Assembly: GCA_027314825.1 (NCBI GenBank)
Contig: DAHVAB010000001.1
Coordinates: forward strand, 1 to 34,879
Reading direction: 5' to 3'
Length of the DNA: 34,879 bases
Origin: Solirubrobacterales bacterium
Lineage (GTDB): Bacteria; Actinomycetota; Thermoleophilia; Solirubrobacterales; Solirubrobacteraceae
Shown here piece after piece: positions 24,350-34,084 of this stretch; positions within the stretch are counted from its first letter, which is position 1; each line of letters starts with the position of its first letter. The notes beneath the pieces are model-generated. The model made no database searches. It was not told the origin of the DNA and worked only from the letters and a program-made list of their open reading frames with translations. A program made the position numbers and the translations under genes.

Positions 24350-24897
24350 GGTGCCCCCCGTTCTCGGAGGCTCCGAGAGCCGGCCGGCGCCGCGGACCAC
24401 CGTGGCGCTGCCGGTAGCGCCTCCGCTGCCCCGCGAGCCGCAGACTCGCCGGTGCCACGCCCCGGCCGTGTCCGCGGCGCGGGTGCGCGTTGACGTGTGT
24501 GCGTCAACCATACGCGCGGCCTGGGACGGCTCGGCGCCGCCGGCGAGCGTCCGATCCCCAGACGCGTATCCGAGAGCGTGCGATGGCGGTGTTAGGAGTT
24601 CCGGACGGTGATCGGGCAACCGTCCCAGCCTGCGGCCGAGCCCACCTGTCCGTATGGGGCGTGCCCGTCGCCGGCTGTTCGCGCGCCAAGAGCAGCGCAG
24701 ATGAACGGCCGCACGTGACCGGCGAGCGCGCGCGGCCCCAGGAGCGCGACCCATCCCGCATCGAGCAGGGCTGCGATCGCCGGCTCGCCCAAGCTGCGCG
24801 TGAGGCGACGATCACCGCGTTGCACGCGCGCCGGCGTCAACATGGAAGAAGAGCGCTCAGAACAGGCCGGCCGTCCAGAGTCCTGATCCGTCCCAGG

Positions 24898-25485
24898 TCA
24901 GCAGCCGCCCGCCATCGCCCCCCGCACAACGGTGAGCAGAGCCTCCGCCGTGCCGGCGGCATCATGGCTGCCCGAGCCCAGCCGCCGCACGCCGAGCCCG
25001 CACATCACGGCGACGACCGTGGGAGCGTGCCGCTCCGGCTCGGGGACCCCGAGCGCCCCCAGCGCTGCTGCGGCGACCTCCTCGTAGGCGGCGAAGCAGC
25101 GCTCAGAGGCGTCCTGCAACGCCGGGTCGCGGTATGCCTGCAGGTGCAGCTCGAGCTCGGCGACCTCCTCCAGGCGACCGGCGGAGCCGGCGATGATCCG
25201 CTCCACCTCGGCAGCCGCGCTGGCCGCGCTCGGCTCCGAGGCGCGCACCTCGGCGGCCAGCGCGCGCAGGCGCAGCACCTCTTCGTGGACGTAGAGCAGC
25301 AGCGCCTCGCGCAGCAGCTCGCTCTGGCTCGGGAAGTGGTAGGTCAGCGAGCCGAGCGCGACTCCGCTCTCAGCGGCGATCCGCCTGTTGCTGAGCGCGG
25401 CGACCCCGTGCTGGCCGATCAGCCGCAGGGTGGCGAGCAGGATCCGCTGCCGCGTGTCCCCTGCGACGGTCGTGCTCGCCGCCAT
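24898..25485 (-). CDS. TetR-family transcriptional regulator, 195 aa
   Basis: TRQRILLATLRLIGQHGVAALSNRRIAAESGVALGSLTYHFPSQSELL; divergent from the amidase. Confidence 0.9.
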   Translation of the reverse strand: MAASTTVAGDTRQRILLATLRLIGQHGVAALSNRRIAAESGVALGSLTYHFPSQSELLREALLLYVHEEVLRLRALAAEVRASEPSAASAAAEVERIIAGSAGRLEEVAELELHLQAYRDPALQDASERCFAAYEEVAAAALGALGVPEPERHAPTVVAVMCGLGVRRLGSGSHDAAGTAEALLTVVRGAMAGGC

Positions 25486-25551
25486 CAGCCCCGGTGCTCC
25501 ATAGCCAGCTCTCGCGCCACCACCTTGCGCGAGAGTACCGGATCTGCAATC

Positions 25552-25571
25552 GTTCGTTCGACCGACCGAAC
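25552..25571. promoter_or_regulatory. Probable TetR operator for the amidase
   Basis: Imperfect palindrome GTTCGTTCGACCGACCGAAC (16/20 positions self-complementary) between the divergent TetR and amidase starts. Confidence 0.6.
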
Positions 25572-25597
25572 CAGGCGACCCGGTGGAGAGGAGCGAG

Positions 25598-27043
25598 ATG
25601 TCCGACCACTCGATCATGGAGGAGAGCGCCTCCGCGACGGAGCGGAGCCTCGACGGGCTGCGCCAGCAGGCGCACGCGCTCGCGGAGGGGAGCGTCAGCT
25701 CGGCGGAGCTCGTGGAGCGGACGCTCGCGGCGATCGATGATGTCGGCGCCACGCTCGGCGCCTTCCGCTGCGTGCGCGCTGAGCAGGCACGCGCGGAGGC
25801 CGCGGAGGCCGATAGGCGGCTGGCCGCCGGGGAGCGTGCACCGCTGTTGGGCGTGCCGGTCGCGATCAAGGATGACATCGACATCGCCGGGGAGGAGACC
25901 CGGTTCGGCTGCCCGGGCGCCTTCGAGGTCAAGAGCGCGGACTGCGAGGCGGTGCGCAGGCTGCGCCAGGCCGGTGCGGTGATCGTCGGAAAGACCAACA
26001 CGCCCGAGCTGGGGCAGTGGCCGATCACCGAGGGGCCGGCGTTCGGCGTCGTACGCAATCCGTGGAGCCTCACGCACACTCCCGGCGGCTCCTCCGGTGG
26101 TGCGGCGGCGGCGGTCGCCTCCGGGATCGTCGCCGGCGCGCTCGGCTCCGACGGCGCCGGCTCGGTACGGATCCCGGCCGCCTGGACCGGGCTCGTCGGG
26201 ATCAAGCCGCAGCGCGGGCGGATCTCCACCTGGCCGGAAGCGGAGTCCTTCAACGGCCTGACCTGTCTGGGACCACTGGCGCGGACCGTGGGCGACGCGG
26301 CGCTGATGCTCGACGTGCTGGCCGGCAGCCGGCCGGGCGACCGCCACCACCCGCCCGCCCCCGCCGAGCCGTACTCGGCGGCCGCCACCAGGGAGCCGGG
26401 CCGCCTGCGGATCGCGCTCTCGCTGCGGATCCCATACAGCCTGGCTCCGGCGGCGCTCGACCCCCGCGTGGGAGAGGCGGTCGATCGGATCGCCAGCGTG
26501 CTGGCCGGCCTCGGCCACGAGGTGATTGCCGCCGATCCTCCGTATGGCATGGTCGGGCTCACCTTCTTTCCCCGCTCCACGACCGCCCTGCGCGCCTGGG
26601 CCAAGCGCACGCCCGACCCCAGCCTGCTCGACCATCGCACCAGGCACAACGCGAAAATGGGGATCCTGTGCGAGGGCCCTGCGCTCGCGCTCTCCCGCGC
26701 GCTGGAGCGGCCGTGGCAGCGGCGAATCGGCAGGATCTTCTCGCAGGCCGACGTAGTACTGGCCCCGACCACGGCCAAGCCGCCGGAGCCGGTCGGCGCG
26801 CTCGACGGGCTCGGCCATTGGGATACCGACAAGGTGATGGTCGGCGCCTGCCCGTATGCCTGGCCGTGGAACGTGCTCGGCTGGCCGGCCATCAACGTGC
26901 CGGCCGGCCTCACGCGAGAGGGACTGCCGCTCGGCGCGCAGCTGATGGGGCCGGCCAACTCGGAGCCGCTGCTGCTCTCGCTCGCCGCGCAGCTGGAGGA
27001 TGCCGAGCGCTGGCAGGAGCGGCGCCCGCCAGTGCTGGCCTGA
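25598..27043 (+). CDS. Amidase-signature family enzyme, 481 aa
   Basis: PLLGVPVAIKD (catalytic Lys), GKTNTPE, PGGSSGGAAAAVA and GSDGAGSVRIPAA (Ser-cisSer-Lys triad). RBS GAGGAG. Confidence 0.95.
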   Translation: MSDHSIMEESASATERSLDGLRQQAHALAEGSVSSAELVERTLAAIDDVGATLGAFRCVRAEQARAEAAEADRRLAAGERAPLLGVPVAIKDDIDIAGEETRFGCPGAFEVKSADCEAVRRLRQAGAVIVGKTNTPELGQWPITEGPAFGVVRNPWSLTHTPGGSSGGAAAAVASGIVAGALGSDGAGSVRIPAAWTGLVGIKPQRGRISTWPEAESFNGLTCLGPLARTVGDAALMLDVLAGSRPGDRHHPPAPAEPYSAAATREPGRLRIALSLRIPYSLAPAALDPRVGEAVDRIASVLAGLGHEVIAADPPYGMVGLTFFPRSTTALRAWAKRTPDPSLLDHRTRHNAKMGILCEGPALALSRALERPWQRRIGRIFSQADVVLAPTTAKPPEPVGALDGLGHWDTDKVMVGACPYAWPWNVLGWPAINVPAGLTREGLPLGAQLMGPANSEPLLLSLAAQLEDAERWQERRPPVLA

Positions 27044-27100
27044 GCGTCTCGGCGCATCGGGGCCGCCGCCTCGCCCGGCGCGTGGCGACGCCGCATCCAC

Positions 27101-28885
27101 TCAACGCTCACGCACCGTGCCGCTGGCCAGCACCCGTCTGCGCTGGCCGGCCGGCACCTGCTGCTCGCCGCCCGGATCCTCGCCGTGCCTGTAGAGCCCG
27201 CCCCGCGACATTGAGGCGATCGCAGCGATCAGGCAGGCGCCGATCGCGAAGAGGAACGCCTCGTGCAGTCCTTTCTGGAAGGGCGCGGAGATCAGGTGCG
27301 GCAGGAACGAGCGGCCGGTGATGCTCGCCCGTCCGGCGGCGGAGATGCCGTGGAGAAGCCCATGGCCCGCCAGATGGGCGATCGGGTTGTATCCGAGGAA
27401 GGCGGCGAACAGGATGGAGATCGGCGGCAGGCCCGCGATCCTCTCCGCGCCCGCTCTGCTCACCCCGTGCGCCTCCAGGCCGCCCGCCAGCGCGTGCGGC
27501 AGGCCGGTGGCCAGGCCGAGGACCATCAGGGTGAAGAAGATCCCGACCGAGAGCACCTGGGCGGAGTTCTGGAAGGTCTGGTTCATGCCGCCTCCGGCGC
27601 CGCGATCGTTCGGCGGCAGGCTGTTCATCACCCCGGCCCGATTGGGCGAGGCGAACAGGCCGAGAGAGACCCCGATCAGCGCGAGCACCAGCGCGAAGAG
27701 CGGGTAGGGGAAGTCGATCGGCAGCAGCATCAGCAGCCCGAAGCCGAGCGCCGAGCCGACCATCCCGCCGGTCGCGAACGGGCGCGCGCCGAAGCGATCT
27801 GAGAGGTAGCCGGAGGTCGGGCCGGCGAGCAGCATTCCGAATGTGAGCGGCAGGATGTAGATGCCGGCCCACAGCGGCGTCTCGGCGAAGTTGTAGCCGT
27901 GCAGCGGCAGCCAGATGCCCTGCAGCCAGATGATCAGCATGAACATCAGCCCGCCCCGGGCGACCGCTGAGAGAAAGGTGGAGAGCGTGCCGAAGGTGAA
28001 CGCGCGGATCTTGAAGAGCGGGATCTTGAACATCGGCTGGGCGACCCGTCGCTCCACCGCGAAGAAGGAGATGAGGCAGGCCAGCCCGCCGGCGAGCAGC
28101 GCGTCTGTGACCGGGTTGCCCCAGCCGGTCGCGGCTCCTCCGTATGGGCGGATGCCGTAGGTGATCGAGACCATCAACAGGATCAGCCCGGCCGCGAACA
28201 GGATGTTGCCGGCCCAGTCGATCCGCGCCCGCATGGGGGTGGAGAGCTCTTCGAGCTTCAGGTAGGCCCACACCGTGCCGAACAGGCCGACCGGCACGGA
28301 GATCAGGAAGACCAGGCGCCAGTCGATCGGCGCGAGGATCCCCCCGAGCACCAGCCCGATGAACATGCCCGACACCCCGACGATGTTGTTGATCCCGAGC
28401 GCCATCCCCCGCTGGTTGGTCGGGAACGCGTCTGTCACGATCGCGGCGGAGTTGGCCAGCAGGAAGGCGGCGCCCACTCCCTGCACGACCCTGAAGACGA
28501 TCAGGAACGTGGCGCCCGCCCGGCCTGTCATCCAGTCGATCGTGAGTATCAGCGAGGCGGCGGTGTAGATGACGAAGCCGAGGTTGTACATCCGCACCCG
28601 CCCGAACATGTCGCCGAGCCGGCCGAGCGAGACCACCAGCACGCTGGAGACGATCAGGAAGCCGAGGATCATCCACAGCAGGTAGAAGCTGTTGCCGGGC
28701 TGCAGCGGGTCCAGGTGGATGCCGCGGAAGATGTCGGGCATCGCGATCAGCGTGATCGACGCGTCCAGCGTCGCCAGCAGCACGGCGAGCGTCGTGTTGG
28801 AGAGCACGACCCACTTGTATGAGGCGCTGCGCCGTCGGCCGGCGGCGCCCGCGCCGGGCTCGATCGATGACTGCGGTGAGCTCAC
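27101..28885 (-). CDS. MFS transporter, DHA2/EmrB-QacA-like 14-TMS exporter
   Basis: Motif A GRLGDMFGR, second-half GYLSDRFGAR, FRVVQGVGAA, WRLVFLISVPVG, and many hydrophobic segments. Confidence 0.95.
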   Translation of the reverse strand: MSSPQSSIEPGAGAAGRRRSASYKWVVLSNTTLAVLLATLDASITLIAMPDIFRGIHLDPLQPGNSFYLLWMILGFLIVSSVLVVSLGRLGDMFGRVRMYNLGFVIYTAASLILTIDWMTGRAGATFLIVFRVVQGVGAAFLLANSAAIVTDAFPTNQRGMALGINNIVGVSGMFIGLVLGGILAPIDWRLVFLISVPVGLFGTVWAYLKLEELSTPMRARIDWAGNILFAAGLILLMVSITYGIRPYGGAATGWGNPVTDALLAGGLACLISFFAVERRVAQPMFKIPLFKIRAFTFGTLSTFLSAVARGGLMFMLIIWLQGIWLPLHGYNFAETPLWAGIYILPLTFGMLLAGPTSGYLSDRFGARPFATGGMVGSALGFGLLMLLPIDFPYPLFALVLALIGVSLGLFASPNRAGVMNSLPPNDRGAGGGMNQTFQNSAQVLSVGIFFTLMVLGLATGLPHALAGGLEAHGVSRAGAERIAGLPPISILFAAFLGYNPIAHLAGHGLLHGISAAGRASITGRSFLPHLISAPFQKGLHEAFLFAIGACLIAAIASMSRGGLYRHGEDPGGEQQVPAGQRRRVLASGTVRER

Positions 28886-28897
28886 CCACTCACCGTA

Positions 28898-28929
28898 GCA
28901 ACTTGACGGTTACGTAAGAATGCAGTTGC
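28898..28929. promoter_or_regulatory. Nested palindrome upstream of the MFS gene
   Basis: GCAACT-N6-TTACGTAA-N6-AGTTGC; outer and inner dyads share one centre. Confidence 0.55.
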
Positions 28930-28967
28930 GATCGTCTGCGATCGCGCGAGCGGGGCGTCCGCGTCGC

Positions 28968-29897
28968 TCAGTCGGTGAGAAGCACCGCCTTGCCGGCGAT
29001 CCGGCGATCCATCAGCGCCGTGATCGCCGCGGGAGCGTCTCGCCAGGAGCCGGTCTGATCGATCGAGCAGTCCAGGCGCCCGGCCGCGACCAGGTCGGCG
29101 AGCCGCCGCAGCAGCACTGTGCCCGAGGCGCCCTGGCGCAGCTCGGAGAAGACGAAGAGGCCGTACAGGCGCGCTCCCGGCGCGCGAGCGAAGAAGGACC
29201 TGGAGGGGAATTGCACCGGCGCCGTGTCGCTGGAGGCGTAGGAGACGATCGTGCCGAGCGGGGCGATTCGCTGGATCGCCGCGCCGAGGCTGGCGCCGCC
29301 GACCCCCTCCACGATCGCGTCGAAGGGCTCGCCCTCGGCCGCCAGCTCATGGATGACCTCGGCCGCGCCGAGCTCGGCCAGGCCGCGCGCCCGCTGCGCG
29401 TTGCGCGAGACCGCGGTCACGTGTGCGCCACCGATCGCGGCGAGCTGTACCGCGAGCCGGCCGACACCGCCGGAGGCGCCGGTCACCAGCACGCTGCGTC
29501 CGATCACCGAGCCGATCCGCTCCAGCGCGATCAGCGCGGTCAGGCCCGCGACTGGCATGGTGGCCGCCTGCTCGAAGCTGACTGCGTCTGGCAGCTCCGC
29601 CAGCCAGCCGGTGCTTACGGCAGCCAGCTGCGCCCATGCGGTGCCCTCCACCAGGCCGAGCACCCGCGCTCCGGCGGGCGGCCCGGAGCCGTCCTCGGCG
29701 GCGCGCTCGACCGTGCCGGCCAGGTCCCAGCCGACCGGCTGACCGTCCTCCATGTCGGCGAGACGCCGGCACTCGCCCCTGTTCAGGGAGAAGGCGCGCA
29801 CCCGCACGAGCGTCTGCGAGGGCGTCGGCACGGGATCCTCCACCTCAGTGAGGCACACCCTGCCGGCCGCCGCCTGATCGACGCGAAGCGCGAGCAC
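28968..29897 (-). CDS. Medium-chain dehydrogenase/reductase, quinone-oxidoreductase-like
   Basis: [33 protein letters not shown] and the NAD(P)-binding [11 protein letters not shown]. No Zn-ligand Cys pattern. Confidence 0.92.
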   Translation of the reverse strand: MLALRVDQAAAGRVCLTEVEDPVPTPSQTLVRVRAFSLNRGECRRLADMEDGQPVGWDLAGTVERAAEDGSGPPAGARVLGLVEGTAWAQLAAVSTGWLAELPDAVSFEQAATMPVAGLTALIALERIGSVIGRSVLVTGASGGVGRLAVQLAAIGGAHVTAVSRNAQRARGLAELGAAEVIHELAAEGEPFDAIVEGVGGASLGAAIQRIAPLGTIVSYASSDTAPVQFPSRSFFARAPGARLYGLFVFSELRQGASGTVLLRRLADLVAAGRLDCSIDQTGSWRDAPAAITALMDRRIAGKAVLLTD

Positions 29898-29914
29898 GCG
29901 CCGACGCTAGCAGC

Positions 29915-30931
29915 TCAACCGTGGTGGGGGCGGCGGCCTCGCCGGCTGCTCTTCCGCGCCCGGTTGTGGTGCCCGTGGCCGGAGCCCGATTGGCCGCGAC
30001 CTTGCCGAGAGCGGCCGGTGTGCCTGTGGATCACCGGCTTGGGACACGGGACGACGCTCGTCGCCTGCGCTTGCGAGCCGTCCTGGAACAAGAAGGTGGC
30101 GGCGAAGGGGAAGCCGCCCTTCGGGCACTTTTCCGGCACCGCGATCCCGCGTGGGCGGAAGTGCTGCAGCTTGCCGTGGACGCGCCGGTTGTAGAGAAGA
30201 TGTTCGGGGCCGATCTTCGCTTCGGCGCGCACGATCGACACGTTGGGTCCGCCCGGCACGCTTTTCACTTCAGGGATGCTCGAGCTCAGCTGCGATCCGA
30301 ACACGCCGGACTGCGGCTGCACTTCGCCTTCGAAGATGTACTGGCCGTAGACCGGGGTTCTCCCGTCCACGTAGAAGAGGATGACCATGTTTTCGTGCCG
30401 GGGCGACCCCATGAACGCGGTGATCGAAGGCAGCTCATGCCCGGCGCCCTTGCCGAACGGGACTTCGACGTAGGCCTTGCCTGAGCCCAGGCGTGAGTTG
30501 ACGGGGCAGGATGCGGCGCCATCTTCGAGCAGCCGTCCCTTGTTGCAGATCGCAAGGCCGAGCGTAGTGTTGACGTAGTTCATGCCGGCCGGCATCTTCA
30601 GGTCCATGCCGACGAGCGGCGGCGGCGCCGCGCCTTCGGGGGTGCTGACCTGGAAGCTGAAGCCGATCGTGGTCGGCGCGCCCAACCGGTCCGGGCTGAA
30701 GGACGTGTGCAGCGTCGCGGTCTCCTGTGCGGCGGCCGTCGCCGGCAGCGCGCAGCAGACGAGCAGCATCAGCGCGGCCGCGATGCCCGCGGCCGCGCCG
30801 GTGATGATGGAGCCTGCGCTCCGCGTGGAGCCGGTGATGATGGAGCCTGCGCTCCGCGTGGAGCTGGTGATGATGGAGCCTGCGCTCCGCGTGGAGTTGG
30901 TGATGGTGTGCCGCATGGACCCTGTACCCAT
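29915..30931 (-). CDS. Secreted protein carrying a single copy of the unknown Cys domain, with a basic His/Arg tail
   Basis: Signal peptide ..LLVCCALPATAAA. DLKMPAGM..LAICNKG..ASCPVNSRLGSG matches the LPxG..C..CPxxSxxG units of the 8694 and 15546 products. Confidence 0.85.
   Translation of the reverse strand: MGTGSMRHTITNSTRSAGSIITSSTRSAGSIITGSTRSAGSIITGAAAGIAAALMLLVCCALPATAAAQETATLHTSFSPDRLGAPTTIGFSFQVSTPEGAAPPPLVGMDLKMPAGMNYVNTTLGLAICNKGRLLEDGAASCPVNSRLGSGKAYVEVPFGKGAGHELPSITAFMGSPRHENMVILFYVDGRTPVYGQYIFEGEVQPQSGVFGSQLSSSIPEVKSVPGGPNVSIVRAEAKIGPEHLLYNRRVHGKLQHFRPRGIAVPEKCPKGGFPFAATFLFQDGSQAQATSVVPCPKPVIHRHTGRSRQGRGQSGSGHGHHNRARKSSRRGRRPHHG
30797..30905. repeat. 33-bp tandem repeat, 3.3 copies, in frame
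   Basis: GCCGGTGATGATGGAGCCTGCGCTCCGCGTGGA at 30797, 30830 and 30863 (one mismatch), plus a partial copy; encodes STRSAGSIIT(G/S). Confidence 0.95.
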
Positions 30932-30949
30932 TGTCCTGGTTGTGGCGCG

Positions 30950-31498
30950 CTAGCGGTCGAGCCGGCCGGAGACGTACACGGTCATCGAGTCGTTGCCGCG
31001 TTTGATCGATCCGCTGAATGTCAGGCCGTTGCCGTGCGCGCCCTTGAAGCTCCCGGATCCGCCGGTGATCGACATCGAGCCGGTGAAGCTGGCGTTGGCT
31101 CCGCGCACGCCGTAGGAGCCTTTGCCCACGCCTGTCAATGAGCTGCCGCGGGGGTACACCCTCACCGTCGCGCTCACGCTTTTCGTGGAGGTCACGTGCA
31201 GCTGGAGGTAGATCGTGCCTTTGATGGTGCCGTTGACGGTTCCCCGCTCGTTGAGATCGAACCCGTGCGCACGGCCGACGCGACTGAGTTTCGCCGACTC
31301 TTTGATGTACATCGAGGACGATGCGCTCCTGGAGCGGCTGCGCTTATGGTTCGAGCGCGACGCCAACGCGGAGGCGGGGCCGCCGAACGCGAGCAGGCAT
31401 GCCGCGGTGGCGCAGGTCGCGAGGGCGAGACCGCGCCGCGCGGGCACCGCGCGCGAGCCTACGGGCCTCTCCATGTTGCTGTGAAACGAGTCTCTCAT
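30950..31498 (-). CDS. Secreted small beta-barrel-like protein, 182 aa (dirigent/allene-oxide-cyclase-barrel-like motif)
   Basis: RBS GGAGGG and a signal peptide. Alternating beta-strand pattern. ITGGSGSFKGAHG resembles the ITGGTGxFxGAxG motif. Confidence 0.75.
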   Translation of the reverse strand: MRDSFHSNMERPVGSRAVPARRGLALATCATAACLLAFGGPASALASRSNHKRSRSRSASSSMYIKESAKLSRVGRAHGFDLNERGTVNGTIKGTIYLQLHVTSTKSVSATVRVYPRGSSLTGVGKGSYGVRGANASFTGSMSITGGSGSFKGAHGNGLTFSGSIKRGNDSMTVYVSGRLDR

Positions 31499-31551
31499 CT
31501 AGCCCTCCGTGTTTGAGAAATAGGGGAGTGTTGTGGAGTCATTGTGCGTTC

Positions 31552-34071
31552 TCAGTCCTGCAGCGCCAGTCCCGCCGGGACCTTGGTGGCGAAGAACCCG
31601 GGAGCGGAGATGATCGCCACCGCCGCGGCGGTGACGAGCCCGAGGCTCACGACCGCGGAGAGGACGCCCACCGAGTAGACGACCGGGAAGTTGATCACGT
31701 TGGCGAGCGCCCTGTCCAGCAGCTGCTGGCCGAGCAGCCCCATGAGCGCGCCGGTGATGCAGCCGGCTCCGAGCAGGATGAGGCTCTCGAGCACCACCGT
31801 TCGCCACAGCTCCGACGGTGAGAACCCCTCCAGCTTCAGCTTCGCCAGGCGGGGCCGGCGCTGCCAGATCATCGCGCCCATCGCCGCCGCCATCGCCAGC
31901 ACGGCGGCGATCAGGATCAGCGTGGCGATCTGTGAGAGGCGGGCCAGCCCCTGACGGGTGACAGCGCGCAGCTGTTCGGCGCGAGCCGTGGCGCTCTGCA
32001 CCGCGAGCCCCGTGTGCGGCCCGAGCGCGGCGCGCACCCCCGAGGCCACCTGTGGCGGCGAGGCGCCCGGCCTCAGAAGCACGTCGTAGGCGGCCAGAGC
32101 GGGGCTGCCCCAGGAGCGCTCGTACTGGGCGGAGCTCATGATCACGGCTCCGGGCGCCCAGCCGATGTTGGTGGAGAGCGCCGCCACCCGCAGCCGGGTG
32201 GGGTTGGGTGAGGGCAGGGTGAATGAGGAGCCGAGATGCAGGTGCAGTTCTTTCGCGATCGCGCCGGAGACGATCGCCCATCCGCCGCCGCGCACCAGCT
32301 CTGCGGCCCGGCTGGCGCCGCCTTCCGTCAGCTGGGTGGCGGGGATCATCGGGTCCGCCGCCGCCGGCGGGGCGAGCACCCATACTCGCCGTGGCCCCAT
32401 ATCCAGAAAGCCTCCGCGGTAGGCTTCGACCGCCCGTACGCCGGGCACGCCGCGCAGCTTGGTTGCGAGCGATCCGGGGTGGAAGGGCGCGGTGAGCAGG
32501 CGGTCGTATGAGCCTGCCGGGGCGACCCAGAGGCCGGTGAGCGCGTTGGTTTCGCTGGCTGCGTTATCGAGGCCGTGCAGGAGGTCTCCGTGGGCGCCCT
32601 GGATCGCGACGCTGCCGAATACCGCGATCGCGCCGGTCGCCGCGATCGCGAGCGCCCGCGCGTAGCCGGCGCGCAGCTCCATCACCGCCACGTGCGGCAC
32701 GGCGCTCACGATCATCGGAGCGATCCGTCTCACGGCTGCGAGCGCCAGCGCGAGTGGGATCGGCAGCAGTGCGAGCATGGAGGCGGTGAGGACCACCATC
32801 GCCAGCACGGCCTGCGCCGGGTCGGCGATCAGGATCGCCACCGCGGCTGCCAGCAGCGCTGCGCCCAGCGCGCCGAGCAGGCCGGTGCGCGCCAGGTGTG
32901 AGCCCTCGCGCGGGGTGATCGCCGCGAGCGGGTTGCGTGAGACGATGTCCCGGAACGGGCTGAGAACCGCCACGCAGGCGGCCCCCATCCCGCCGCCGAC
33001 CGCGATCGCCACGCTCTGCCAGCCGACCACCCGCTGGGCGCCGATCGCGAAGGCGGAGGTGAGGTAGCCGGGGGTCGAGTGGAAGAGGTGAAGGGAGAGC
33101 TCCTCGCCCAGCAGCAGGCCGACCAGGCTGCCGATCGCTCCGAGAGCGATCGCGTCCAGCAGCAGCACCGCGATCACTGCGCGCGGGGTGTAGCCGTCCC
33201 GGCGCAGATCGGCGATCAGGCGCCGCCGCTGCGGGACCGTGAGCAGCATGGCGTTGAATGCGAAGAGGAATCCGACCAGGGCGCTGATCACTGCGAAGAG
33301 ATTGGTCGACTGGTCGGTGGCTTCGGCGGCCCGGGCGAACAGGGTTTCGTCGTAGGTGGCCGGCTCCACCCCGATCCCGCCGCCGGCGATTCGCTGCAGG
33401 CGCGATCGCACCGCGGCCGTCTGCCCGGGCGCCGGCTCGACGAGGATCCGGCTGACAGTCTGCCCGTAGCCGTCGATTTCCTGGGCGAAGCTGAGCGGCG
33501 CGACCGCTATTGGACTGCTGATGAGCGGGCCGATCTGCTTGGCGGAAAGCTGCTGATAGAGCGCCGCTTCGGTGGTCTGAGCGCCGACCGAGAAGGTCAT
33601 CATCTTGCCGAACTTCACCACGCCGATCTGCTTTGCGACCGGGGCGGGGATCACCACGGCGCCGAAGCCGGCGAACGGGTTCAGGCTCGTTTTCCGGACC
33701 AGCTCGCCGTGGAGCTGCTTCAGGCTCCCGTCGGCGCCGACCAGCTCGACCGACTCGCTGCCGTGCGGCCCCCTCACCTGCGCGCCCACTTCCAGCAGCG
33801 GCGCTGCCACCTTCACGCCTGCGGTGTGGCGGACCTCGCCGAGCAGGTGCTCGGAGAAGCCCTGCGCGGAGTGTGCGACCAGCTCCAGCTTCGCGCTTCC
33901 GACGATCCCCGAGTTGAGGGTGCCGATCGAGCTGGAGAGGCTCCGCGAGGCGACCTGGGAGGCGAACAGCAGGGCCACGCCGGCGGCGATCCCGATCACC
34001 GCGAAGAGCTCTTGGAGGGCCCGCGCCCGCAGGCGCACGCGGTAGAGGTGAAGGACGTTGCGGACTCTCAC
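31552..34071 (-). CDS. FtsX/MacB-type ABC transporter permease (two fused halves), 839 aa
   Basis: GTG at 34071. Two repeats of one TM + large extracytoplasmic domain + three TMs, with QRRRLIADLRRDG and QRRPRLAKLKLEG motifs. Confidence 0.9.
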   Translation of the reverse strand: MRVRNVLHLYRVRLRARALQELFAVIGIAAGVALLFASQVASRSLSSSIGTLNSGIVGSAKLELVAHSAQGFSEHLLGEVRHTAGVKVAAPLLEVGAQVRGPHGSESVELVGADGSLKQLHGELVRKTSLNPFAGFGAVVIPAPVAKQIGVVKFGKMMTFSVGAQTTEAALYQQLSAKQIGPLISSPIAVAPLSFAQEIDGYGQTVSRILVEPAPGQTAAVRSRLQRIAGGGIGVEPATYDETLFARAAEATDQSTNLFAVISALVGFLFAFNAMLLTVPQRRRLIADLRRDGYTPRAVIAVLLLDAIALGAIGSLVGLLLGEELSLHLFHSTPGYLTSAFAIGAQRVVGWQSVAIAVGGGMGAACVAVLSPFRDIVSRNPLAAITPREGSHLARTGLLGALGAALLAAAVAILIADPAQAVLAMVVLTASMLALLPIPLALALAAVRRIAPMIVSAVPHVAVMELRAGYARALAIAATGAIAVFGSVAIQGAHGDLLHGLDNAASETNALTGLWVAPAGSYDRLLTAPFHPGSLATKLRGVPGVRAVEAYRGGFLDMGPRRVWVLAPPAAADPMIPATQLTEGGASRAAELVRGGGWAIVSGAIAKELHLHLGSSFTLPSPNPTRLRVAALSTNIGWAPGAVIMSSAQYERSWGSPALAAYDVLLRPGASPPQVASGVRAALGPHTGLAVQSATARAEQLRAVTRQGLARLSQIATLILIAAVLAMAAAMGAMIWQRRPRLAKLKLEGFSPSELWRTVVLESLILLGAGCITGALMGLLGQQLLDRALANVINFPVVYSVGVLSAVVSLGLVTAAAVAIISAPGFFATKVPAGLALQD

Positions 34072-34084
34072 CGTCTCTGCCCGC

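Noticed and set aside
25486-27111. 737-aa minus-strand ORF as one protein
   Set aside because: Only the last 195 aa are a TetR; the rest is antisense to the amidase.
30797-30905. 33-bp repeat as a CRISPR array
   Set aside because: The units are directly adjacent with no spacers, lie in frame within a CDS, and no cas genes are present.
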